Source of the DNA: Synechococcales cyanobacterium VAR_4_metabat_354
Lineage (GTDB): Bacteria; Cyanobacteriota; Cyanobacteriia; Cyanobacteriales; Chamaesiphonaceae
Length of the DNA: 64,000 bases
Reading direction: 5' to 3'
Assembly: GCA_031414775.1 (NCBI GenBank)
Contig: JANOQI010000054.1
Span: forward strand, 51,855 to 115,854
Part shown: piece by piece, positions 20,623 to 29,390 of the stretch
Layout: the number at the start of each line of letters is the position of its first letter
Position numbering within the stretch: the first letter of the stretch is position 1
Made by a program: the position numbers and the translations under genes
The notes under the pieces: model-generated
What the model was told of the DNA's origin: nothing
The model's database searches: none
What the model saw: the letters and a program-made list of their open reading frames with translations, nothing else

Positions 20623-21642
20623 ATGGCTGCTGCCGTTTTTGTTCAAAATCTTCATAAAAACTACGGTACTACCGTAGCTGTGCAAGATGTCTCTTTCCAA
20701 GTAGCATCGGGCGAAATTTTCGGCTTGCTCGGACCCAATGGGGCTGGTAAAACTACTACTATTCGCTGTCTCTGTACCCTAACGAAACCCGATAGTGGCC
20801 GCTTAGAAGTTGCTGGAGTTTCTGTTTTAGAAGATCCGCGATCGGCACGCCGTAAGCTGGGCTACGTGGCTCAAGAAGTTGCTTTAGATAAGGTTTTAAC
20901 TGGGCGGGAGTTATTAGAACTGCAGGCGGCGCTCTACCATCTCCCCAGAGCCTTAGCCCGCGATCGGATCGAATTTCTTACTGAAGTCCTAGGTTTATCA
21001 GACCACATCGACAAAAAAACTGGCATCTATTCTGGTGGTCTCAAACGACGGCTAGACCTGGCGGCTGGCTTACTCCATCAACCCGAAGTCCTGATTTTAG
21101 ACGAACCCACCGTGGGTCTAGATATTGAGAGCCGGGTAGTGGTCTGGGACTTTTTAAGGCAACTGCGATCGAGTGGCACCACCATCTTAATTACCAGCCA
21201 TTATCTCGAAGAAATCGATGCTTTAGCCGATCGGGTGGGGATTATTGATGGCGGCGTGATCATTGCTACTGGCACCCCCAGTGAGTTGAAAGACCGCTTG
21301 GGAGGTGATCGGATCACCCTGCGGATTAGGGAGTTTTCACCAGCAGCAGAGGCAGCTACTGCCAAGGTACTGCTTAACGATTTGCCTTTTGTGCAGAACG
21401 TGATCATCAATACCAACCAGGGCAATTCCCTCAATTTGGTAGTACAAACCGAAAGTGATGCACTGACTACTATTCAGTCCACACTCCAGAGCGCTGGCCT
21501 ACCCATTTTTGGAATTTCGCAATCGCGTCCCAGTTTGGATGATGTTTATTTAGCAGCGACTGGTAAAACTTTGATGGATGCCGAACTGTCTGCCGCTGGC
21601 AGTCGCGATCTAAAAGCTGAGAAAAAGAAAAGTATGAAATAA
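20623..21642 (+). CDS. ABC-2 exporter ATP-binding subunit (DrrA-like)
   Basis: GPNGAGKT, YSGG signature, LDEPT, TSH. Confidence 0.92.
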   Translation: MAAAVFVQNLHKNYGTTVAVQDVSFQVASGEIFGLLGPNGAGKTTTIRCLCTLTKPDSGRLEVAGVSVLEDPRSARRKLGYVAQEVALDKVLTGRELLELQAALYHLPRALARDRIEFLTEVLGLSDHIDKKTGIYSGGLKRRLDLAAGLLHQPEVLILDEPTVGLDIESRVVVWDFLRQLRSSGTTILITSHYLEEIDALADRVGIIDGGVIIATGTPSELKDRLGGDRITLRIREFSPAAEAATAKVLLNDLPFVQNVIINTNQGNSLNLVVQTESDALTTIQSTLQSAGLPIFGISQSRPSLDDVYLAATGKTLMDAELSAAGSRDLKAEKKKSMK

Positions 21643-21652
21643 CTGCCATCAA

Positions 21653-22567
21653 ATGGAGTCTGGCAATAATTTTTATCTACTTAATATTATGATTACTAAC
21701 ACTTCTAAAACCTTTGCTGACTGGCAACCCGCTAGTGAAAGTCCCAATCTTAGCCAGCCCAATCATTGGAGCGATTTTATTCAAGAAACCGCAGGTTTGA
21801 CCAAGCGCTTGTTTATTCAGCTCCAGCGCCGCCCCAGTACCCTAATTGCTGGCATTATTCAGCCATTGATGTGGCTATTGTTGTTTGGAGCGCTATTTCA
21901 AAATATTCCTCAAGATCTATTTGGTGCCAATTATGGTCAGTTTTTGGGCGCGGGGGTAATTGTATTCACCGCCTTTGTGGGGGCGCTGAATGCTGGGTTA
22001 CCGGTGATGTTCGATCGAGAGTTTGGCTTTTTAAATCGATTATTAGTTGCACCCCTGGCTAGTCGTTATTCGATCGTCGCCGCCTCGGCCATCTACATTG
22101 TGGCTCTAACTTTTGTGCAAACTTTTGCCATTATCGCACTGAGTGTGGGATTAGGCTCTGGCTTTCCCGGACTAGTGGGACTAGGTATAATTGCTTTAGT
22201 AGTACTAATGTTGGTAGTTGGTGTGACCGCCTTAAGTTTAGGCTTAACCTTTGCCCTACCTGGCCATATCGAACTAATTGCCGTTATTTTTGTTACTAAC
22301 TTGCCATTATTGTTTGCCAGCACCGCTTTAGCCCCCCTCGCTTTTATGCCCCCCTGGCTCCAAGTAATCGCTTGTCTCAATCCACTTAGTTATGCGATTG
22401 AACCAATTCGTTATTTGTACGTCAATGATCATTGGCAGTGGTCGAGCGTGGTACTTCAAGCTCCCTGGGGCGCGGTAACTTTCGGCAACTCGTTATTAAT
22501 CCTATTGGTTTTCGCGGTAGTTGCTTTGTTATCAATTCAGCCATTACTACGCCGCCGATTGGCTTAG
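21653..22567 (+). CDS. ABC-2 exporter permease (start may be 21689)
   Basis: Six TM segments, DREFGFL.RLLVAP, NPLSYA; follows the ATPase. Confidence 0.9.
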   Translation: MESGNNFYLLNIMITNTSKTFADWQPASESPNLSQPNHWSDFIQETAGLTKRLFIQLQRRPSTLIAGIIQPLMWLLLFGALFQNIPQDLFGANYGQFLGAGVIVFTAFVGALNAGLPVMFDREFGFLNRLLVAPLASRYSIVAASAIYIVALTFVQTFAIIALSVGLGSGFPGLVGLGIIALVVLMLVVGVTALSLGLTFALPGHIELIAVIFVTNLPLLFASTALAPLAFMPPWLQVIACLNPLSYAIEPIRYLYVNDHWQWSSVVLQAPWGAVTFGNSLLILLVFAVVALLSIQPLLRRRLA

Positions 22568-22606
22568 CATCAGTGTAAAATCGAAAAATGAGTGTGGTTT
22601 ATTATT

Positions 22607-22921
22607 ATGTCTAAATTCAATTGCTTAGTCGTTGGCTTATTAGTCGGTAGCAGCTTAACTGCTTTGAGCCAACCCAGTTTTGCCCAAAGCAGCTTTGGTG
22701 GCGACTCTCGTGATCCATTTAGTAGTGCCAGCCAGGGTGATAGCACCGGTTTGCTCCGACTCCTCAATGGTATCCAAAATGGGAAGCAGACTAGCGAGAA
22801 AGACTTTTTATCTCAGCAGCAGGTACAACTTTCTGGCTCTGCTCAAGATTTTCGGTCTCAGCAACTCCGTCGCCTGCGTGAAAAGAAACAGCAGCCTCAA
22901 CAGCTAAAAAAACAACCTTAA
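22607..22921 (+). CDS. Small secreted hypothetical protein
   Basis: Sec signal MSKFNCLVVGLLVGSSLTALSQPSFA|Q; terminator follows. Confidence 0.7.
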   Translation: MSKFNCLVVGLLVGSSLTALSQPSFAQSSFGGDSRDPFSSASQGDSTGLLRLLNGIQNGKQTSEKDFLSQQQVQLSGSAQDFRSQQLRRLREKKQQPQQLKKQP

Positions 22922-22943
22922 TGGTTGGTTTTATGACAAAGCA

Positions 22944-22976
22944 AGTCGGTGGGAAAATATCCCCACCGACTGTTTT
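22944..22976 (+). terminator. Intrinsic terminator
   Basis: AGTCGGTGGG-loop-CCCACCGACT then GTTTT. Confidence 0.75.
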
Positions 22977-23031
22977 ATAACAGGCTGAGCTGCTGCTATA
23001 GTAGTTGTTCGTCCGTTATGGAGACAGAACT

Positions 23032-23628
23032 ACGGTTTACACACGCCCTCTTGCCACGCTGATCGAAAAACTGCAACGCTTGCCCGGAATTGGCCCTAAG
23101 TCTGCCCAGCGGTTGGCACTTTATTTACTAAAACGCCCAGAAACTGAAATTACCGAATTAGCCCAGGCTCTAATTGCTGCCAAACAGCAGGTGGGTCTTT
23201 GCCAAAATTGCTTTCATCTATCGGCGGAGCCGATTTGTCATATTTGTCGTCATCCCCAGCGCGATAGCCATACGATCTGTGTGGTGTCCGATTCACGCGA
23301 TGTCATTGCCCTCGAAAAAACCCGAGAATACAGCGGCCAGTATCATGTTTTAGGGGGTACTATTTCGCCAATGGATGGCATTGGCCCGAAACAGTTAACC
23401 ATCCAACCCTTGGTGCGCCGTATTCATGAGCAGCAAGTCACAGAAGTGATTATTGCGGTTAGTCCAACGATCGAAGGAGAAACTACCACCCTTTATCTGG
23501 GGCGATTATTGCAACCACTGACCAAAGTGACTCGAATTGCGTTTGGCTTACCAATGGGTGGCGACCTAGAATATGCCGATGAAGTAACTTTGGTGAGAGC
23601 CTTAGAAGGTCGCCGGGAATTTGAGTAG
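23032..23628 (+). CDS. recR: Recombination mediator RecR; start probably non-canonical (ACG at 23032; the ORF caller uses TTG at 23005)
   Basis: [13 protein letters not shown]hH, C4 zinc finger, YHVLGG.ISP.DG, Toprim EGE.T, LEYADE.TL. Confidence 0.93.
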   Translation, partial: TVYTRPLATLIEKLQRLPGIGPKSAQRLALYLLKRPETEITELAQALIAAKQQVGLCQNCFHLSAEPICHICRHPQRDSHTICVVSDSRDVIALEKTREYSGQYHVLGGTISPMDGIGPKQLTIQPLVRRIHEQQVTEVIIAVSPTIEGETTTLYLGRLLQPLTKVTRIAFGLPMGGDLEYADEVTLVRALEGRREFE

Positions 23629-24282
23629 CTACATCAGTTTTTTCTTTAGTAACATCACCAGTTGTGCTAACTGCTTCTTCAAGGTGGTGATTTCGCTATC
23701 CATATCTTGAATCTGAGATTGGAGATCCTCAATTTCACTGCTGCTAGCCTTCCGAAATAGACTAAGCTGATTCATTAACTCTTGAGCCGATTGGGTAGTA
23801 GAATTTTCCATTTCTAGCATCCGCTCTTGCAGTGCTTCGATTTCAGGAGTCGCGTCATATTCCATGTTGGCAGCAACAGGAATCGGAGGAGCTTGAGGCC
23901 GGACTTTCTTGGCCTTGGCCATCGCATCTTTAATAGCTTGGGCTAGGCTAATTCTGTCAAAAGGTTTTTCAACAAATTCAAAATATTCAAAAGGCTCAGA
24001 GATTTTGTTGGTAACTTCTTCTCGCCGACCAGACATTAAAACCAAAGGAATTTTTTGCAATTCTGGATGGGACTGAATTTGCTGAAAAACTTCCCAGCCA
24101 CTCATTTTAGGCAAAATGAAGTCTAGCATAATCAAATTTGGGCGATGCTCTTTGACCAGGTTAATCCCTTCAATCCCATCTTTAGCTTCGATCACCTCAA
24201 AATCGCCTTCGGGTAACATGTCTTTGACAGTTTTGCGAATAACTCGACTATCATCAATTACTAAAATTTTGCTATTAGCCAC
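23629..24282 (-). CDS. Response regulator: receiver domain plus C-terminal coiled coil
   Basis: KILVIDDS, IMLD..LP.MSG, KPF; heptad-rich C-terminus; GGAG RBS before GTG. Confidence 0.88.
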   Translation of the reverse strand: MANSKILVIDDSRVIRKTVKDMLPEGDFEVIEAKDGIEGINLVKEHRPNLIMLDFILPKMSGWEVFQQIQSHPELQKIPLVLMSGRREEVTNKISEPFEYFEFVEKPFDRISLAQAIKDAMAKAKKVRPQAPPIPVAANMEYDATPEIEALQERMLEMENSTTQSAQELMNQLSLFRKASSSEIEDLQSQIQDMDSEITTLKKQLAQLVMLLKKKLM

Positions 24283-24587
24283 GACTTACTCCTGCGATAT
24301 TTAGTGTTATGGGTGTAAATCTTACTCATCAGTATTTAATTCTAAATGATGGGTATTTACTAGTAAGATTATTTTTAGTGAGATATGCCAGAAAAAGGAT
24401 ATCTTGGTGCTTGCCCATAATACAGTTCGGATAAGCTATTCTATCCTACTTGCTGTACTGGCTGCGATTCTGTCACTCTCTAAAGATTATGTTACCCATT
24501 TTTTCAGACGAAATTGGTGAGAGCTTGAAAAACCTCTGTTTTGCACATATCCTCTAGGTGTATGTAATAGATGGTGACCAAGCAGAC

Positions 24588-25514
24588 ATGAGTAGTTTTG
24601 ATTCTTCTGACTCAACATCTATAGCTTCTACCGCAGAATGGAAATCGAATGTCCGTTCATTACCACCCTGGCTACGCCGATCGATCGGCAGTGCTAGCGA
24701 AATTTCTACTGTCCAACAAATTATTAAACAGCGTCAAATTCATACTATCTGTGAGGAAGGACGTTGTCCGAATCGGGCGGAGTGCTACAGCCAAAAAACC
24801 GCGACTTTTCTGCTGATGGGACCGACCTGCACCCGTAGCTGTGGTTTTTGCCAAGTGGATAAGGGTCATGCCCCGATGCCTTTAGACCCCCAGGAGCCAG
24901 CTAAAGTCGCTGAAGCGGTGCAACTCTTAGGATTACGCTATGTAGTACTCACCGCCGTGGCCAGAGATGATTTAGCTGATGGTGGAGCTGGTTGGTTTGT
25001 TCAGACTATGCAGGCTATTCGATCGATCGACCCAACTATTCAAATAGAAGTACTCACCCCGGATTTCTGGAGCGGTAAAGAAGCTGAGACCCTTCAGTAT
25101 CAACGAGTTGCTACCATTGTTGAAGCGATTCCGGTTTGTTATAACCATAATATTGAGACGGTCTCGCGCCTCCAAGATCGGGTGCGGCGGGGGGCTAAAT
25201 ATGACCGTTCTTTAGCTGTGTTGCGTTACGTCAAAGAATGCAATTCCCAGATTCCCACCAAATCGGGGCTTATGTTAGGTCATGGCGAGACTAGAGCCGA
25301 GATTTTAGCAGCTCTAGCAGATCTGCGGGCGGTGGGATGCGATCGAGTGACTCTCGGCCAATATATGCAGCCTTCTCTCGAACATTTACCGGTGATCAAG
25401 TACTGGACTCCAGCTGAATTTGATGAATTAGGTCAAGTTGCCACATCTTTGGGCTTTAACCACGTTCGATCGGGCCCATTAGTCCGCAGCTCTTACCATG
25501 CGGGTGAGGTTTAA
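24588..25514 (+). CDS. lipA: Lipoyl synthase (alternative start 24558)
   Basis: [12 protein letters not shown] auxiliary-cluster motif, CTRSCGFC radical SAM motif, RSSYHA. Confidence 0.96.
   Translation: MSSFDSSDSTSIASTAEWKSNVRSLPPWLRRSIGSASEISTVQQIIKQRQIHTICEEGRCPNRAECYSQKTATFLLMGPTCTRSCGFCQVDKGHAPMPLDPQEPAKVAEAVQLLGLRYVVLTAVARDDLADGGAGWFVQTMQAIRSIDPTIQIEVLTPDFWSGKEAETLQYQRVATIVEAIPVCYNHNIETVSRLQDRVRRGAKYDRSLAVLRYVKECNSQIPTKSGLMLGHGETRAEILAALADLRAVGCDRVTLGQYMQPSLEHLPVIKYWTPAEFDELGQVATSLGFNHVRSGPLVRSSYHAGEV
25445..25501 (+). repeat. Direct repeat copy 1 (3' end of lipA)
   Basis: 55/57 nt identical to 26524-26580. Confidence 0.95.
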
Positions 25515-25516
25515 AT

Positions 25517-25550
25517 AAAAAACGCCCAGGTTGAAAACTTGGGCGTTTTG
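25517..25550. terminator. Bidirectional terminator between lipA and the convergent secreted-protein gene
   Basis: AAAAAACGCCCAGG-loop-CTTGGGCGTTTT. Confidence 0.8.
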
Positions 25551-25615
25551 TCGCCGATCAATTTGGTAGTACCTTAACAACTGATAACCGATCAGAGCTG
25601 ATTCTATATTCAGAC

Positions 25616-26092
25616 TTATTTAGAACCAAAGCTACCAAAGTTACCAAAGCCACCAGCACTAGTGCCACCACCTGGAACTGCGATTGCACCAGAGTTAGAG
25701 TTAGCATTAGACGAGCCAAAGCCATTGCTGCCAGCACTTGCTGAAGCAGTACCACTACCCGAAGTAGGGTTAACAGCTACGCCAGTATTTGCACCACCAG
25801 AACTAAAAACGCCAGTAGCACTAACGTTTGCTGCTGTACCAGAAAAAGTACCATTAGGATTTGCACTACTATTCGAGCCAGAAGTAGCACCAGTGTTAGA
25901 ACCAGTAGCTGAACCAGTACTACTGCTGTTAGAGAGAGTACCATTAGAGCCGGGAGTACCAGAAGCACCTAAACTAGTACTTTGACCGCCCACACTAGTA
26001 GAATTTTGGCTATGGCTAGGAGTTACAGCGAGGAGTGAAGCTGCTGCCACGGTAATAGTGACTACAGCTACGGAAAATAATTTATTAGACAT
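25616..26092 (-). CDS. Secreted Gly/Ser/Ala/Thr/Asn-rich protein, paralog A
   Basis: Sec signal MSNKLF...PSHS|Q; mature chain colinear with 27337..27819; strongly T/A-ending codons. Confidence 0.85.
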   Translation of the reverse strand: MSNKLFSVAVVTITVAAASLLAVTPSHSQNSTSVGGQSTSLGASGTPGSNGTLSNSSSTGSATGSNTGATSGSNSSANPNGTFSGTAANVSATGVFSSGGANTGVAVNPTSGSGTASASAGSNGFGSSNANSNSGAIAVPGGGTSAGGFGNFGSFGSK

Positions 26093-26233
26093 CGTTCAAA
26101 TTCACCCTGTATTACACGAAAAATTACAACCAACTCGATAACTTGATAGCTTTCTAGATAAAGCAAAGACATAAATAAATATCTATGTAATTTGCATTTT
26201 CGCGAGATAAGCAGTTTAATATCGAGTGACACT

Positions 26234-26261
26234 AACATATCATAGAAAATAGTGATGTCAA
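26234..26261 (-). promoter_or_regulatory. Sigma70-type promoter of paralog A
   Basis: Minus strand TTGACA-N16-TATGTT with extended TG; same architecture as 27977-28004. Confidence 0.65.
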
Positions 26262-26499
26262 TAGTTGATCAGTATTAAAAAGCACATATGGAATTAACTT
26301 AGTTATTTAATCCTGCTCTGAGTAGCCATTTCCCGAGTTAAGATTAGTTTAACTCGTGCTATTCTTCCCCTACTATTGAAAAATAGTATCATTAGTTTGA
26401 CGGAAAACGAATGCACAAATTCACTGACAATATTTAGACCCCCAGGTATCAAATAAACAGACAGTGGTTTTTAGATTATTTACTAGTACTAATATATTG

Positions 26500-26593
26500 A
26501 AATTTAATGGATTAGATTGCCGAATCTTTGAGCTTTAACCACGTTTGATCGGGCCCATTAGTCCGCAGCTCTTACCATGCTGACGAAGCTTAA
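26500..26593 (+). pseudogene. Orphan duplicate of the lipA 3' end (direct repeat copy 2)
   Basis: Core 26524-26580 matches lipA 25445-25501; encodes ...[13 protein letters not shown]; degenerate homology extends upstream; has its own hairpin at 26613-26645. Confidence 0.85.
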
Positions 26594-26612
26594 TCCACCT
26601 TCATATGCACAC

Positions 26613-26645
26613 AAAAAACCAAGGGATAAATACACCCTTGGTTGC
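26613..26645. terminator. Terminator downstream of paralog B
   Basis: AAAAAACCAAGGG-loop-CCCTTGGTT. Confidence 0.75.
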
Positions 26646-26712
26646 TATCTACTAGCAGTTTAGTAAATATTTTGACGAAATAGCAATTCAAACAGCTATT
26701 AATTCGTAACAA

Positions 26713-27192
26713 TTAGAATCCTGAAGTGATATTACCGTATGTCCCGGCAGCTCCACCACCACTAAGTTGCAGTCCAGGCAAGGATACTGCGTTAGTATTG
26801 GTAGCTGCAACACTGGCACCTAGTCCACCATTACCACCGGCACTGGCACCAGCGTCAGTTTTAATGCCTTCAGGACCAAATGTCACCTTGGAATCTGCTG
26901 CTCCGCTGGATTCGAGTCCGTTAGCAGTGGTAGCTTTACCATTGAGCTGGGTGCTTAGCTCAGTAGGTGTTGCGGTACTGGTGATACCAGTTGCCGCGCT
27001 GCCCGGAGCAGTGGTGACGGAGAGATTAGCACCACTAGTGGATTCGCCGCCAATGCTAGTACCGAACGAAATGGTAGAACCAATCGTAGCAGCGGATTGC
27101 AGAGGTGCTGCTTGGCTAGTAGGCACGTTGGCAAGAGTAGTGGCTACCAAAGCAGCACCAGCTAAACTACCAAAAAATAATTTGTTAGACAT
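26713..27192 (-). CDS. Secreted Gly/Ser/Ala/Thr-rich protein, paralog B (divergent)
   Basis: Sec signal MSNKLFF...TSQA|A; same Pro/NG turn spacing as A and C; C-terminal Phe. Confidence 0.85.
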   Translation of the reverse strand: MSNKLFFGSLAGAALVATTLANVPTSQAAPLQSAATIGSTISFGTSIGGESTSGANLSVTTAPGSAATGITSTATPTELSTQLNGKATTANGLESSGAADSKVTFGPEGIKTDAGASAGGNGGLGASVAATNTNAVSLPGLQLSGGGAAGTYGNITSGF

Positions 27193-27336
27193 TAGTTTTG
27201 ATTCCTTACATATCGCGAAAAATTACAAATACTTACGAACAAAGCACCTAGGTCTAATATCGATCCTCGGTGCTTTGTCACAGACAGATTCAGTAGAAAA
27301 TTAATATTTGACTACTAGATCAAAACTGGCTTCGTC

Positions 27337-27819
27337 TTAGAACGATTGGCCTAAAGTACCAAATGAACCGCTACCAGCAGCTTGGGTACCAAAACCTGGA
27401 ACTGAGATAGTACCTGTGCTACTAGCACCAAAGGTAGCACCCAGGCCATTGTTGCCAGCTTCAGCACCAGAAGAAGCAGTTGCTGCATCGGGAGCAACGC
27501 CAACGCCACTTGCAGTACTACCAAAAGCACTAAGACCAGTAGTAGAAGCTCCACCACCTGTTGCGGAACCAGCAGCGCTAGGATCGGCGTTGCTGCCGGA
27601 TCCAGAGCTAGCAGCGCTGTTAAAACCAGTAGCGGCGGAGACGCTCTTACCGAAAGTAGCAGTACCGTTAGGGCCTGGAGTACCAGAAGCACCCAAAGTA
27701 CCAGTTTCACCAGCAACGCCAGCAGCGCCAGGTAAAGCGTGGCTAGGAGCTACAGCCAAAAAAGAAGCGGCTGCTACAGCTACACCAGCTACACCAACGG
27801 AAAATAATTTCTTAGACAT
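27337..27819 (-). CDS. Secreted Gly/Ser/Ala/Thr-rich protein, paralog C
   Basis: Sec signal MSKKLF...PSHA|L; LGASGTPG.NGT shared with A; C-terminal Phe. Confidence 0.85.
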   Translation of the reverse strand: MSKKLFSVGVAGVAVAAASFLAVAPSHALPGAAGVAGETGTLGASGTPGPNGTATFGKSVSAATGFNSAASSGSGSNADPSAAGSATGGGASTTGLSAFGSTASGVGVAPDAATASSGAEAGNNGLGATFGASSTGTISVPGFGTQAAGSGSFGTLGQSF

Positions 27820-27976
27820 CGTTCAAATCCACCTTGTATTACACGAAAAATTACAACACTACTTAATACTCCACAGCCTTCTTGAGCTTTTCCAGAAACC
27901 TTGAAAAATAAACTTATTAATTTTCGCAGGACTGTATGCGTTTCAAGACGTACATAATGTAGTTATAAGTAACACC

Positions 27977-28004
27977 ATCCTAGCGTGGAAAACTGCAATG
28001 TCAA
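27977..28004 (-). promoter_or_regulatory. Sigma70-type promoter of paralog C (probably a C-B operon)
   Basis: Minus strand TTGACA-N16-TAGGAT. Confidence 0.65.
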
Positions 28005-28328
28005 TAGGTATTCAGGTATACACAATGGATTTTCTGATAATCACTGAAAAGCTTTACAAGCTTAAACTCACTGTGGGCAAAAGTTTCAGCAGTACAATTC
28101 AAGAATATAAAATAAAAATAAAGTTTGTGAAATTGCCATATATACGCTATTTAGCTTGAAATATTGAGTACAAACCTCCTGAAAAGCGGAGTTGCTTGCC
28201 TCGAAATACCATTTTGGGCTGGGCAAATATCAATAGAATCTTGTCTATTAGTCACGTTTTTACCCGAGCGTGCTACACCTTTTTTTTCTTAGTTTGCTAC
28301 ATTCAGCTAAAATGGCAGTAATTTGTGA

Positions 28329-29225
28329 TTACTTAACTGTAGTATTGACAGGATTTGGTGATAGTAGTGGCATGGTGCTGTTGATCGGACTGGGTGCAAG
28401 AGTGGGTGAAGGGATGCTGTTAGTTGGTATTTTGGGAGTAAGAGCGGGAGCCGTCGCTGACTTGGCGATCGACTGAATCTGATCCTTATACTGGGCGGGA
28501 GCAATCTCGACGGCCTGACTTAACAGAGCCTGAGCTTCATTTGTGTTGCCTAGTTGTTTAAAGACAATGCCTTGTGCCAACACCGGCCGAAAATCTCGGT
28601 TATTCGCTTGAATTAGTTCGTCATAGATCGGTAGCGCATCAGCATGACGTTGTTGACTAACATAAATTTGGGCTAGCAGCAGTTTTAACGGTGCAATATC
28701 GCCAGTTTTTCCTTTGGCTGCTTGGTCATTAATAGCTTTTTGGACATTCCCGATCGCTGCCTCTGGCTTTTTGCCTTCTACTAATAGACTGACTAAACCT
28801 TGCAATGCCTGAATATTTTGGGGTTGGTCATTAAGAGCTTTGCGATAGCTAGCTACGGCGGCTTCTCGATCGCCTAAATGCTGTTGAGTCTGTCCGAGTA
28901 ATACTCTATATTCCGGAACTTGCGGTTTTAAGGTGGCCAGCTTTTCGAGAGGGGTGATGCTTCCTCTGAGGTCATTTAACTGCAACTTAGCCTTGATGAT
29001 GGCTTCGACGGCTGCCGGATCATCGGGCTGGGCTGATAAGGCTTTTTCAGCAGCTAGTACCTGATTGCGTAGTTCAGTGACTTTGCTGGCTGGGAGTCGA
29101 GGATTACTCCAGGTGCTACTTTTCCACCAGGCGATCGCTAAAGGTGATAACAAAGCGCCAATAGTAGTAATGACAGCAGTACCAATGACAAAATTAAGGA
29201 TCGATCGACGGCGATTAGTAGACAC
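28329..29225 (-). CDS. Membrane-anchored or exported TPR protein with Pro/Thr-rich tail
   Basis: N-terminal hydrophobic helix, several TPR-like repeats, DFRPVLA.G. Confidence 0.85.
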   Translation of the reverse strand: MSTNRRRSILNFVIGTAVITTIGALLSPLAIAWWKSSTWSNPRLPASKVTELRNQVLAAEKALSAQPDDPAAVEAIIKAKLQLNDLRGSITPLEKLATLKPQVPEYRVLLGQTQQHLGDREAAVASYRKALNDQPQNIQALQGLVSLLVEGKKPEAAIGNVQKAINDQAAKGKTGDIAPLKLLLAQIYVSQQRHADALPIYDELIQANNRDFRPVLAQGIVFKQLGNTNEAQALLSQAVEIAPAQYKDQIQSIAKSATAPALTPKIPTNSIPSPTLAPSPINSTMPLLSPNPVNTTVK

Positions 29226-29390
29226 AGTATCTTTACAGGTATCTTGAATTTCGCTTTAATCCTCTCACAATTTGGTCATGGTGACCGGCATCTAAAGATC
29301 AGAATTACATTCAAGATCAACAATGGCTCCGGTACCTTGCTATGATGAACGGGGCAAAGCCAGATATCAGAACTAGTTGGGAAGAGTCTT

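Noticed and set aside
25445..26580. Prophage/ICE attL-attR or CRISPR interpretation of the direct repeat
   Set aside because: Only two copies 1.08 kb apart, derived from coding sequence, with no integrase, phage or cas genes in the window
25616..27819. The three small proteins as RiPP/bacteriocin precursors or type IV pilins
   Set aside because: Leaders are ordinary Sec signals, with no double-Gly, Nif11 or G|FxxxE motif; no modifying enzyme or peptidase-ABC transporter is adjacent; the neighbouring radical SAM gene is a plain lipA
25662..27904. Plus-strand Pro/Ala/Leu/Val-rich ORFs (25662, 26726, 27416) and alternative minus frames (25777, 27351)
   Set aside because: Shadows of the GGT/GCT/ACT/AGT codon bias of the secreted-protein genes; only the chosen frames have signal peptides, shared leaders and promoters
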